DNA of 64,000 nt from Amoebidium appalachense (taxonomy: Eukaryota; Protista; Ichthyosporea), in the NCBI GenBank assembly GCA_963693365.1, contig CAVNZM010000009.1:10482243-10546242 (forward strand), given 5' to 3'. The notes under the pieces were generated by a model. It saw only the letters and a program-made list of their open reading frames with translations. It had not been told where the DNA came from and did not search any database. A program made the translations under genes and the position numbers. Shown one piece after another: positions 45,756 to 64,000 of this stretch (position 1 is its first letter; each line of letters opens with the position of its first letter).

Positions 45756-46520
45756 TGTTGGACATTGTGTTCATAGAAGCTAGTTCTAGTGCACGTTGTT
45801 CCTTCTGTAAGTCAGAAATGATTGCATCTTGTGAGGCCAACCTCTGCTCCAGTAGTTGGACTAGTTGCTGCAACTGTAAGTTGTCAGACATAGTGTCGTG
45901 TATGATGGGTAACTAGTCTATGTGTTTTGTGCACTGGAAACGACAGTAGAAAAGTGTAAATCAAACGTTCTGCTTCCCATGTTTGTGACATGGGAGGCAC
46001 TGCTTTATATAGTCGTTGGCCACCTCATGGTGGCCTCGTGTGCACCCTGGTGGTGGGCCATGTACAGCATGGCCGAAAAGAGAGCACAATGAAAACAAGT
46101 CGTTAAAGATATAAAAGTTAACTGTGCACGTTGAGTGGCTAGTTAACTTGCACTAAAGCACACAAATAAACGTGTTTAACACACCAATTGCAGTTAAACG
46201 TAAATCTTGCTTCACACAACTAAAAATATTCTGAGAATATCCGGGAATAAAGCACACTACCACTCTAAGAATAGAATCCTGTGGCAAATATAGACATGAC
46301 ATCATCTGAACCGGGAATATTAATTAATGAGCACAATTAGCACGTTGCTAGTGAAGCTCGTCATTGGTACAGTTTTGGCTCAAACATATAACTACCATAT
46401 ATGAATATGACCGTAAACAAAAGCTCTATGCACTCGAGTGAGTGTTGAAACAGTTATTCAATTGCTCAGAAACTTTCTCTAACAGACATTGCTAGCCGGG
46501 AGTACCAGTGTACTCCAACA
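45756..46520 (-). repeat. 3' LTR of the Copia element
   Basis: Direct repeat of 50869-51633 with TG...CA termini. Preceded on the minus strand by the purine-rich TGAGTAGGGG (46521-46530, PPT). Confidence 0.96.
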
Positions 46521-46706
46521 CCCCTACTCAATTGGATAATTGTGGTATGAATTAATGCAACTGAGCTCGAGTGCTTCAGGTGCACAAAATACAGACAATA
46601 AAGATTCCCCTACTCAATTTTAGTATGGTACACGTAGTTGCACAGTCGGATGCAACTCTCTCCCCCCCCCTGAAGTATGAGGGCGCAGTTGGTTGATGAC
46701 GGGTGC

Positions 46707-49700
46707 TCAGCACATGTTGAGCATCCCCACGGCCTTGGTGAAGAAAGAGGCAGACAGGGCCTTGGTGAACATGTCGGCCTTGTTGTCAGCAGAAGCCACC
46801 GGGACCACAGTGATGTTGCCCAGCAGGTGATGTTCCTTGACGGAGCAGTAGCGGACGTCGATGTGCTTGGTCTTGGGCTTAACCCCCAGGGTGTCCAGCA
46901 GGGCCCGGGCAGACTCATTGTCCCCATGGATGGGCACCGGGGTGGGCTCATTGATAGGATTAAGGCCCAGGTCGTCCATCACATAGTTGAGCCATAGGGC
47001 CTCGTTCGTAGCAGCAGACATGGCCACAAATTCAGCCTCAGTGGAGCTGTGGGTGGTGATGGACTGGAGCCGAGACACCCAGGACACAGGGGAGGAGTTT
47101 ATGAAGAAGACATAGCCCGTGGTGGAGCGCCGGGTGTCGCGGTCCTCGGCGTAGTCGGAGTCGGAGTAGCCAACAAGGTTGGGGGGGCCGGGACGGTAGA
47201 CAATACCCAGGTCGATGGTGGCCAGCAGGTAGCTTACAACTCTGGTAGCCATAGTCCAGTGGGTGACGGTGGGCGCATGAATGTGTCGAGTAAGGACTCC
47301 CAGAGCCTGGGAAATGTCGGGGCGGGTGGTACGCGCAATCCACAGCAGGGCACCGACCAGGCTGGCATAGTCCTCCTTCTTGCTGTAGGCTGGGGTCTTG
47401 TTGCTTTCACTGGCCTGGCCCGGGACGATGGGGGTCTTGGTGCCGGACATGTGGGTGAGACGAAAACGGGCAGCCAAGTCGATGATGTGTTGACGATGGC
47501 CCAGACGCAGAGACCCGTCCTCCAGCCAGGTAAGAGTGTGCCCGATGAGCAGGGTAGGACGACCCAGGTCCTTGGCAGAGAAACGAGCATCCAGCTTGGT
47601 GAAAAAATCGTCGATGAGCGCATCAGTGGCGGCCGTCACGGTGAAGTCATCCACGTAGGCAGCAAGGGCAATAAATGTTGGGGTCCCGGCATTCTTGATG
47701 AACAGGCACGGGTCAGCAGCACTCACAATGAAGCCTTGGTCGAGGAGATGGTCACGGAGGGCCTCATACCACTGGCGCGGTGCCTGTTTTAGGCCGTAGA
47801 GCGCCTTGTGGAGCAAGCCGACAGCATGGGGGGCCGAGGGGTTGACGAAGCCAGGGGGCTGCTCAATGTAGATGGTCTCGTTGACGGTGCCGTTGAGGAA
47901 TGCTGTGTTGACGTCGATGTGGCGCAGAGGCAGACCTTGGGCCACGGAGGTAGCCAAAACCAGCCGGATGGTAGCCAGCGCAGCCACAGGTGACTCGGTG
48001 ACGAAATAGTCCTGGCCAGGCTGCTGGTAGTTGCCCCGGGCCACAAGCCGGGCCTTGAAAGCAGTGACGTTGCCGACGTTGTCCTGCTTGACCGTAAAGA
48101 CCCAGCCGACCGGAATGACAGTGGAGCCATCCTCTGGACGGGGCACAAGGGTGAAGGTGCCGTTGTCTTCCAGGGCCTTGAGCTCACGGTGTGCAGCCTC
48201 CTCCCATTTCAGACGCTGGGGACTCTTGAGTGCAGCCCGGACAGTCTTGGGGACAACAATGGTGGAAGCCTTGATGGGTGTTGATGCAGGAGCCGTAGCC
48301 TGGGGGGCAAGGGGGGCCGTAGCAGCAGCCACGTTGGCAGTCGGGCCTCGACGTTGGTCGTTGTACACAGCGCCACTACGGGTCGTCCGGGGGAGCCGAT
48401 GTGCAGGCTCGGGCAGGATCGGAATGTCCAATTGATCACTCGGCGCTGTCCCATTGGCTGACAGACGAGACGAATCAGATTGCTGATCATTCCGGACGAT
48501 GTGATTGGCTGGCTGATTTGACGAATCAGATGACTCCAAAAAATGATGAATTGCCGGTGCGGTCGACCAATCAGATGGGACATCACGGAGGGGGTGCAGA
48601 ATAGCAGCCTCGTCGAACTGCACGTCACGGCTGACGGTCATCTTGTGTGCTGCTGGAATCCAGACCTTGTAGCCCTTGATGTTAGGAGGGTAGCCCACGA
48701 AGACGCCCTTGACGGCACGAGGCGCCAGTTTCGGTGTATCCTGTTGATGGACGTAGCAGGGAGAGCCCCAGACACGGAGCCGGCTGTAGTCGGGAGGAAT
48801 GCCGGTCCACAGCAGAGCGGGAGACGATTGGCTGCCGGTGGCTCGCGACGGGAGCATGTTGCGTATAAAAGCCGCGGTCACAGCTGCCTCGGCCCAGAAT
48901 CCCACCGGAAGGCCGGACTGCTGCAGGAGTGCCCGAACCATGTCGAGGAGGGTCCGGTTCAGTCGTTCGGCAGTCCCATTCTGTTGAGGAGAGCCGGTGG
49001 TAGTGATCTGATGGCGAATGCCATGCTCACGGTTGTAGTCCCCGAAGGCCGTGCCCATGTACTCGCCCCCCCGTCGGACTGAAACACCTGCATGGGAACA
49101 CCGTGTTGGGTAACCGCCGCCTTGTGGTACGTCACATATGCAGCCAGTGTGTCCGACTTCTTGACGAGGGGCACGGCCGTGGTGTGGCCGGTGAATTCGT
49201 CGTGGAACGTCGCCAAGTACTGAGCACCACCGATCGCGGGAGGGAAGGGGCCGCTGATGTCGCTGTGAACCTTGGCTAGGACCCGGGGAGCTTGGCTAGT
49301 TGATTCGGAGAAGGCAACACGGTGGGCTTTGCCGAGGGCACAGGGCTCACACACACCCGGAGACTTGGCACCGCCACCCACCAACAGGCCTGCAGACTTG
49401 ATGACCGAGCGTACAGCGTCAATGCCAGCATGGCCCAGACGGTAGTGCCACGTGTTGAGGTCGGCAGTAACCTTGAGGATACGCGGAGCAGTGGTGGTTT
49501 GGGCGTCCGGGGTTGTGTCCGCGCGCAGAAGAGACACCGCCATGTGGTACAGCTTGGTGCCGACAGCCGAGCCGGTGGCCAGAATTTGATCGCCGTAGCA
49601 CAACTTAACGCCGCCGCGGGTGTCAAAGCGGGGTAAAACACCGTTGGTAGTTGCCGTGAACACACTGATGAGAGTGTCGGGGATGGAGGGCACGTAGAGT

Positions 49701-51004
49701 ACATCCGTCAGCTGATGCACCGCAGTAACGCCGTCGATGGTGCTGGAAAAGAACACGTCGCCCACCCCAAGCACTGCACATGCACCCTTGTCGGCTACTT
49801 GGACCGTGGAGTAAGGCGCCGCACGCATGTTGATGAACACATCGGGCCGGGGGCACACATGGTCAGTGGCTCCAGAGTCGAGGAGCACCTTGTTGGTGCC
49901 ACAGTCGTTGCTAGACATGAGGAAAGCCCGGGGAGCGGCAGCCCCCCCCTTGCACTGTGCCGTAGTGTGGGTAGTAGAGGCAGGGTGGTTGATGCAGGAC
50001 CCAGGCAGGAGGGGACCACCCTTAGGTTTGCGGCCGTTGGCACGGTTGCCCCCCTTGCACATGGCGGTAGTGTGACTGGTAGACAGTGGGTGGTTGACGC
50101 AGGAACCCTTGGGGTAGGTGCTGGCACGGTTGTTGCCAGAGTTGCTGTGTTGGCCGTTGCCGTTGGGGCACTGAGACTTGATGTGGCCTGGTTTGCCGCA
50201 GCCGTGGCAGATGACAGGTTGAGGAGCCCGTGTGGTGAAGGCGGCCGGCCCGGAGCTGGTAGTCACACGTGCACGTGGGTGGCTGGTCTCATATGCCCGT
50301 AGCTGTTGGAGGAGGCCCATCACGGTAGGCTTGGGTGTCATCTTGTAGGCAATTACAGGCATTTCGTAGTAAGGCACCTTGCCGAGGTCGTTGGTGAGCT
50401 TGGTCAGCACTTGAGCATCACCAATTTGTGTGCCGTAATCGGCCAGGCGCCGCACGTAGCCGCGGAGTTTCATGGCGTATTTCGTCGCGGTGTCCGTAGG
50501 TTCAGGCGTAGAATTCATGTACAGCCCGATAAGGTCGTACTGATTGGCCTCAGATTGCTCCAGGTAGTGGGCAGATAGGGCCGACCATATCTCCGCAGGT
50601 GTGGTGGTGCGTGTTAACCCTAGGATACAACGCACGTCAATCGAGAGTGCTTGCCACAGGTAGGAACGGGCAGTGTCGACCTGTTCACGGGTAGCCGGGT
50701 GCTCCGTACTGGGCGCGATGGTGTGGAGAAGACCAGCACCAGAAAGCTGGACATACATGGTTTCGGCCCATGTGTGGTAGTCCGTGCCTGAATCATTATC
50801 AATGCCAGTGAAGAGAGGGATGTCGACCTTGAACTTGATGGAATCATTACGTGAGGGGCCCATAACCCTGTTGGACATTGTGTTCATAGAAGCTAGTTCT
50901 AGTGCACGTTGTTCCTTCTGTAAGTCAGAAATGATTGCATCTTGTGAGGCCAACCTCTGCTCCAGTAGTTGGACTAGTTGCTGCAACTGTAAGTTGTCAG
51001 ACAT
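46707..51004 (-). CDS. Copia gag-pol polyprotein, split into ORFs 51004-48959 and 49058-46707 by a 1-nt frameshift at 49066-49072
   Basis: Zn knuckle CHGCGKPGHIKSQC; protease LLDSGATDH; WHYRLGH..CEPC; integrase VHSDISGP / SDGG(G)EY / QQNGTAERLNRTL; GKGY motif VFVGYPPNIKGY; RT KARLVARG, LYGLKQAPRQW, YVDD; RNase H YSDSDYA, TEAEF, KHIDVRY, ADMFTKAL. Confidence 0.96.
50856..50867 (-). promoter_or_regulatory. Primer-binding site complementary to an internal (half) initiator tRNA-Met
   Basis: GGTTATGGGCCC lies 1 nt downstream of the 5' LTR end. This is the PBS type of Drosophila copia and Ty5. Confidence 0.88.
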
Positions 51005-51632
51005 AGTGTCGTGTATGATGGGTAACTAGTCTATGTGTTTTGTGCACTGGAAACGACAGTAGAAAAGTGTAAATCAAACGTTCTGCTTCCCATGTTTGTG
51101 ACATGGGAGGCACTGCTTTATATAGTCGTTGGCCACCTCATGGTGGCCTCGTGTGCACCCTGGTGGTGGGCCATGTACAGCATGGCCGAAAAGAGAGCAC
51201 AATGAAAACAAGTCGTTAAAGATATAAAAGTTAACTGTGCACGTTGAGTGGCTAGTTAACTTGCACTAAAGCACACAAATAAACGTGTTTAACACACCAA
51301 TTGCAGTTAAACGTAAATCTTGCTTCACACAACTAAAAATATTCTGAGAATATCCGGGAATAAAGCACACTACCACTCTAAGAATAGAATCCTGTGGCAA
51401 ATATAGACATGACATCATCTGAACCGGGAATATTAATTAATGAGCACAATTAGCACGTTGCTAGTGAAGCTCGTCATTGGTACAGTTTTGGCTCAAACAT
51501 ATAACTACCATATATGAATATGACCGTAAACAAAAGCTCTATGCACTCGAGTGAGTGTTGAAACAGTTATTCAATTGCTCAGAAACTTTCTCTAACAGAC
51601 ATTGCTAGCCGGGAGTACCAGTGTACTCCAAC

Positions 51633-51633
<1 letters not shown>
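50869..51633 (-). repeat. 5' LTR of the Copia element, containing a TATA box and the first 45 gag codons
   Basis: Direct repeat of 45756-46520. CTATATAAAG on the minus strand at about 51116-51125. The gag ATG is at 51004. Confidence 0.96.
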
Positions 51634-51677
<44 letters not shown>

Positions 51678-52124
51678 ATGCCCCCCCGTTCATCTACCGT
51701 GGTCTTCAAGTAGGTTGGGGCCCTGGCCAGTGGTCTACACATCACCGTGTAGAGACACCTCCCAACGAAAGTCTACTGCTGTCTTCATCGATCTTCATCG
51801 ATCTTCAGTGTGTGCCTCTTCAGTGGGTAATTCCTCTCCACCATCCGTCGTTTATTTATATACCACCATATATATTGGTTTTCTTTTATATTCGACTTAT
51901 GTATATGTCGAACTGGAATGGCGTCCCAGTATAAATAATTATCTATAGCTATGTATGGCGTGCTGTTTGACTGCCAGTCTAAACCTAGTCCTCGGGATGT
52001 ACCTTCCCCGTGTCTTAACTGGTTGACCACCAGTCTATAAATCAGTCCACAAGATGTTCATGCCTCGTGTTTATCTGGGTGGTCCCCAGTATAAAACATT
52101 AGCCACCAACACGTTACACATACA

Positions 52125-53179
52125 CTAGTGTTTTCTTTTATTTATATATCGTCGTTGGCTACCGTCATGTTCCGAGTCTTCCGAGGCAACCGTCGTTGTG
52201 TGCTTCTTCCGTTTTGGTTTTCTTCCCCGGCTTGCCACTTCAAGTCTTCTCCAATTGTCTTCTCGAGTGGGGAAACTTGACTGTGACGTCACGGCACCTG
52301 CTTCTACAAGTGTGAGAGTATTGACATCAACAGTCGCATCAACAAACTTCACGAGAATCCCAACTTCCCACCCTTGAGTGGGGATGTCATCTTCTCATGA
52401 TTAACGGCAAGACTAGAAGTTGAGTTTTTCATTTGTTTATTAGTTTGTTGTAGTTTGTTTCCTTTTCCCTTTTCCTTTCTTCCTTTCTTTCTTTCCTTTC
52501 CGTTTCCGTGTGCACAGATATCTTAGATCTGTGTACACATCGAGCTATTTAGCCCGCGCACACGTATTGTTGTTTGCGTCAATGTCTAAATAAGTTGTCC
52601 AATCAGATCTCGTTATATTTTCCCAAAAATAGAAACCTACATTCCTCCTTCATTCTATCGATTCCTTTCCCATTCCATTCCTTTCAATTCTCATTCCTTT
52701 TCCTTCTTTTCCCACGACGTAGAATTGCTCTAAGCTCCCCAGCTATTAGGAATACTTATATTTAGACGTGTTATGTTAAGAACATGTATAAATGTATGAT
52801 GTGAACTAATAGATACATAAGTAGTTTCATTTTATTAAATGTTTCCGTACATTCATTAGAAGATTACTTTCATTAGAAGATTGCGATTTATCTTTTATGT
52901 GTCGACAGGCATTTCGATCGATTTATTTTACCCTCATAGTTTTCGTCTTTCTGATTGGATAAGAGAGTTTTCGTTCTTTTGATTGGCTTATCGATTTCAC
53001 ATTCCCGAGTATAAAGAAAACTTCATCTTGAAATAAAAATCAAGCAGTTGAAATCATTTCATATGGTCCCAGAAATCATTCCACCTCTCCGGTTGTGTTT
53101 CGCCCGTGTGTCTGTGTGTTGTGTATATCATAACACCCATCTGTGCACTCTGCTTCTCCGTTAAACCACACAAGATAAC
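52125..53179 (-). mobile_element. Dispersed repeat copy B (inverted relative to copy A) plus a downstream decayed coding remnant
   Basis: 52396-53179 is the reverse complement of 22617-23396. It continues into an ORF remnant EDDIPTQGWEVGILVKFVD...RRYINKRKH*. Confidence 0.7.
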
Positions 53180-53962
53180 CCCCCCCCCCCCCCCCCCCCC
53201 CGCCCCCCACTCACCCACCCCCACCCGCCCTCCCTCCTGCTTGCATTAATATTGTGCTGGGTATTATAATACGTACTTTGTGTGTTTGTGTGTGTGTGTG
53301 CGGGCACGCATGTATGTGTGTCACAGTGTTCAATTATTGGAGATGCATGCACAATTATGCATCCACATGTGTGCCGGAGAGAAAGCCTGAAGGGGGGGGG
53401 GGGGGGTAGACCAAGTGGCGGGGGACTCGGGCCGGGAGACGGGGACAGAGTGAGAGAGAGGAGAAAGGGTGTGATGGCACGAGAAAGCTCTAGAGGTCTT
53501 AGCATTGTGTATTGTCTGTTTGTATAACTGTGTACCTGATTTCAGCTTTGGATGTAGTCTCCAAGATTATGTACCCACTAGCTTACGTAGGGCTACCTTT
53601 CACGTTATCAAAACCCTTTACACCGTAAGTGGCCGGGCACTACTACGCCGCGCGCGGGACGCCTGCATGCGGCAACATACATATGCATACTAACAGGGAG
53701 ACAGTCCGACTCAACTTGTGACTACTAAATTTGGCAATAAATAGGGTGTAAACCCCTGCACGTTTATACCTGGTTACATGTTTATGCTCCTTTCTTTTAT
53801 TAGTTCAAGTGACAGCCGCTTCTGCTGGCGAGATGATGTTTACTGCGGACTCAAACATGTAGTATCACCAGAAGAGAAACAAGAAGAAATTTGGTCTCAA
53901 AAAAAAACAAAAAAAAAAAAACACGAAAGCCGGACTGAGAGGGAATTCTAAGTTGTTGCAGC

Positions 53963-54619
53963 GTGCTTACGTACACCGGCTCAGTAAAACTATGTTGTGG
54001 CTCGCCAATCATTACTCTTGCGCATGCACCATATAAGGAGTTTGTGCGGGAGTGGGTGACTTTGGACTGCCACTTACTTATTAAACATGTACACAATCAC
54101 AAGATAATCACGCAATATAACAAATGGAAAAAGATACCACACGACACTAGACCCGATGAAAGCATACACCTTGAAAAACTAAGCCTTATGTCTCGTTTTA
54201 TATATACTGACCGCCTCAACCATATTGCCAAATATGGCACTCGCAAGTGTATAACACCTAAATACATATTACCTTCCTGTAGAACTGGTCTTTCTCTAGC
54301 TGATGGTATTATTGATCAATTACCACGCTTTTACTGTACACGTGCTATACAGTGGAGATCTAATAAGTATAAGGTGGCATCATTTGCATGCCCAAACAAC
54401 ACACACACACACCAGTTTAACCGGTCATGTATCGCCAAATGTAGTTTGATAGACCACATAATACCGCAACACACACACGTCACATTCACAACAGACACCC
54501 AGAAAGATAGCCTACCTGTAAATTACAACATCCTTGATTTTATACTAAACACGCGTAACTACGACCTGTTTATTAGATGTATTGATTGGCTTGAGAAACA
54601 CATCACTACAAAATTATAG
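53963..54619 (+). mobile_element. Probable 3' end of a 5'-truncated non-LTR retrotransposon (LINE ORF2 C-terminus)
   Basis: Intronless AT-rich 218-aa ORF, unlike host genes. Its C-terminal pattern RAIQWRSN...ACP...FNRSCIAKC...NILDFILN resembles the Cys/His-rich tails of some LINE ORF2s. The stop codon directly abuts (CA)n. No RT core is confidently visible. Confidence 0.45.
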
Positions 54620-54639
54620 CGCACGCGCACACACACACA

Positions 54640-54696
<57 letters not shown>

Positions 54697-55177
54697 CCAG
54701 CTGATACCGAGTGTCCCGAGGGGAGCCCCCTTTAAAAAAAAAAAATAAAAAATAAAAAAAAATAAAAAAAAACAAAAAAATAAAAAAAATAAAAAATAAA
54801 AAAAAAAAAAAAACGGGGAACCCCAACTAATTGATTTCTCCTTGTAGTCTTTATGGTGTCTCGTAGAGAAAGTAAACCCTGATATATAGTCACCACCCGA
54901 CATCTATGTACGTGATCATGATATACCGCTGAGGGGATATTCCGAGCAAACCCCCCCCCCCCATACCTGAGACTGGTTCTCTTTGCCTCGAGTAAACAGC
55001 GTAAACCCCAATGACATTTGTGGAATCTGGCGAAAGTTTTGCGCACAGTCGTACAGATCTCAGGCGGTGCATACACAGTACGGTCAGTGTGCACCCATAT
55101 GCATGTGTGTGTGTCAACGTTAGAGTTTCAACCAGACTTTTGCAAGGTCACTGTAGTTGGGGCAGATCAACCATTCT

Positions 55178-55323
55178 TCAGTATTTCGGAAGTGAAAAGG
55201 GTGCTATTGTAGGAAACTAATGTAGTATTGGTGCCCCATGTATTGGCCCCTCAGTATTTCGGAAGTGACAAGGGTGCTATTGTAGGAAACTAATGTAGTA
55301 ATGGTGCCCCATGTATTGGCCCC
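55178..55323. repeat. 73-bp tandem duplication
   Basis: TCAGTATTTCGGAAGTGA(A/C)AAGGGTGCTATTGTAGGAAACTAATGTAGTA(T/A)TGGTGCCCCATGTATTGGCCCC at 55178 and 55251; two mismatches seen. Confidence 0.93.
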
Positions 55324-55642
55324 TTCAAGGTAAAATATAAGAGCGTATGAGAGCATCTGAGGGCATGAACGGTATGTCCACGTCAAAAATTGAACCAGTG
55401 CACGAATTCGAACTTGGGACAAGATATCGATCTGCTTGGCATGTTCAGTGCGATAGTGCTACATTTGGTATTCAAATTCATATACACTCCTGTTCAATGA
55501 CACTATCAGGTATGATTACAGGCACCTCACAGCTTGCGATGACATACTTGACCTCTTCAGGCTTACATGGCGATGTGTGTTAACTTTCTGTAGCTACAAC
55601 ACACACACGCATAAAACAACTCATCATCTCTAAACACTTAAT

Positions 55643-63806
<8,164 letters not shown>

Positions 63807-63819
63807 GTGTGTGTGTGTG

Positions 63820-63890
<71 letters not shown>

Positions 63891-63903
63891 CGTGTGTGCG
63901 TGC

Positions 63904-63948
<45 letters not shown>

Positions 63949-64000
63949 TGTGTGTGTGTGTGTCTGTGTCTGTGTCTGTGTCTGTGCCCCTGCGTTCGTG

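Larger units (their letters stand above)
45756..51633 (-). mobile_element. Full-length Ty1/Copia LTR retrotransposon (5878 bp), hemivirus-type priming
   Basis: Two 765-bp direct repeats with TGTTGGA...TCCAACA ends, PBS GGTTATGGGCCC, PPT, a gag-PR-IN-RT-RH gene order and CCCCC on both flanks. Confidence 0.97.

Noticed and set aside
49066-49072. Programmed gag-pol frameshift site
   Set aside because: It falls inside the integrase catalytic core and in a homopolymer; an assembly error or inactivating indel is more parsimonious.
46677-50578. Plus-strand ORFs within the Copia element (possible antisense or env-like gene)
   Set aside because: They are GC-rich antisense shadows of gag-pol, and only about 185 bp separate the pol stop from the 3' LTR, leaving no room for env.

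Overview
Eukaryotic genomic DNA, most plausibly from an intron-rich protist or opisthokont; the taxon cannot be fixed from this window. Introns are packed with (CA)n/(GT)n, (GA)n and poly-G/poly-C tracts, so almost all ORFs in the six-frame track ([16 protein letters not shown]) are repeat artefacts. By manual splicing I reconstruct five well-supported host genes: a KCTD-type BTB protein (-), a class I SAM methyltransferase (+), an ankyrin+PX protein (+), an ethanolamine kinase (+) and a GRAM-VASt-TM (GRAMD1/Aster/Lam-like) sterol transporter (+, runs off the window). A weaker multi-exon hypothetical gene lies on the minus strand. There are two TE-rich islands. At 22.6-29 kb: decayed repeats and a ~280-bp hairpin built from two paralogous gag-like fragments. 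At 44-55 kb: a palindrome array, a truncated Copia RT-RNase H, a complete young 5.9-kb Copia (identical-looking 765-bp LTRs, half-tRNAiMet PBS, inserted in poly-C) and a probable LINE 3' end fused to (CA)n. The strongest candidate for an undescribed system is the intron architecture: many acceptors are (CA)n-CAG with no pyrimidine tract, many donors open straight into (GT)n, and introns often have complementary G/GT-rich and C/CA-rich halves. All alignments and translations were done by eye; no database searches were run.
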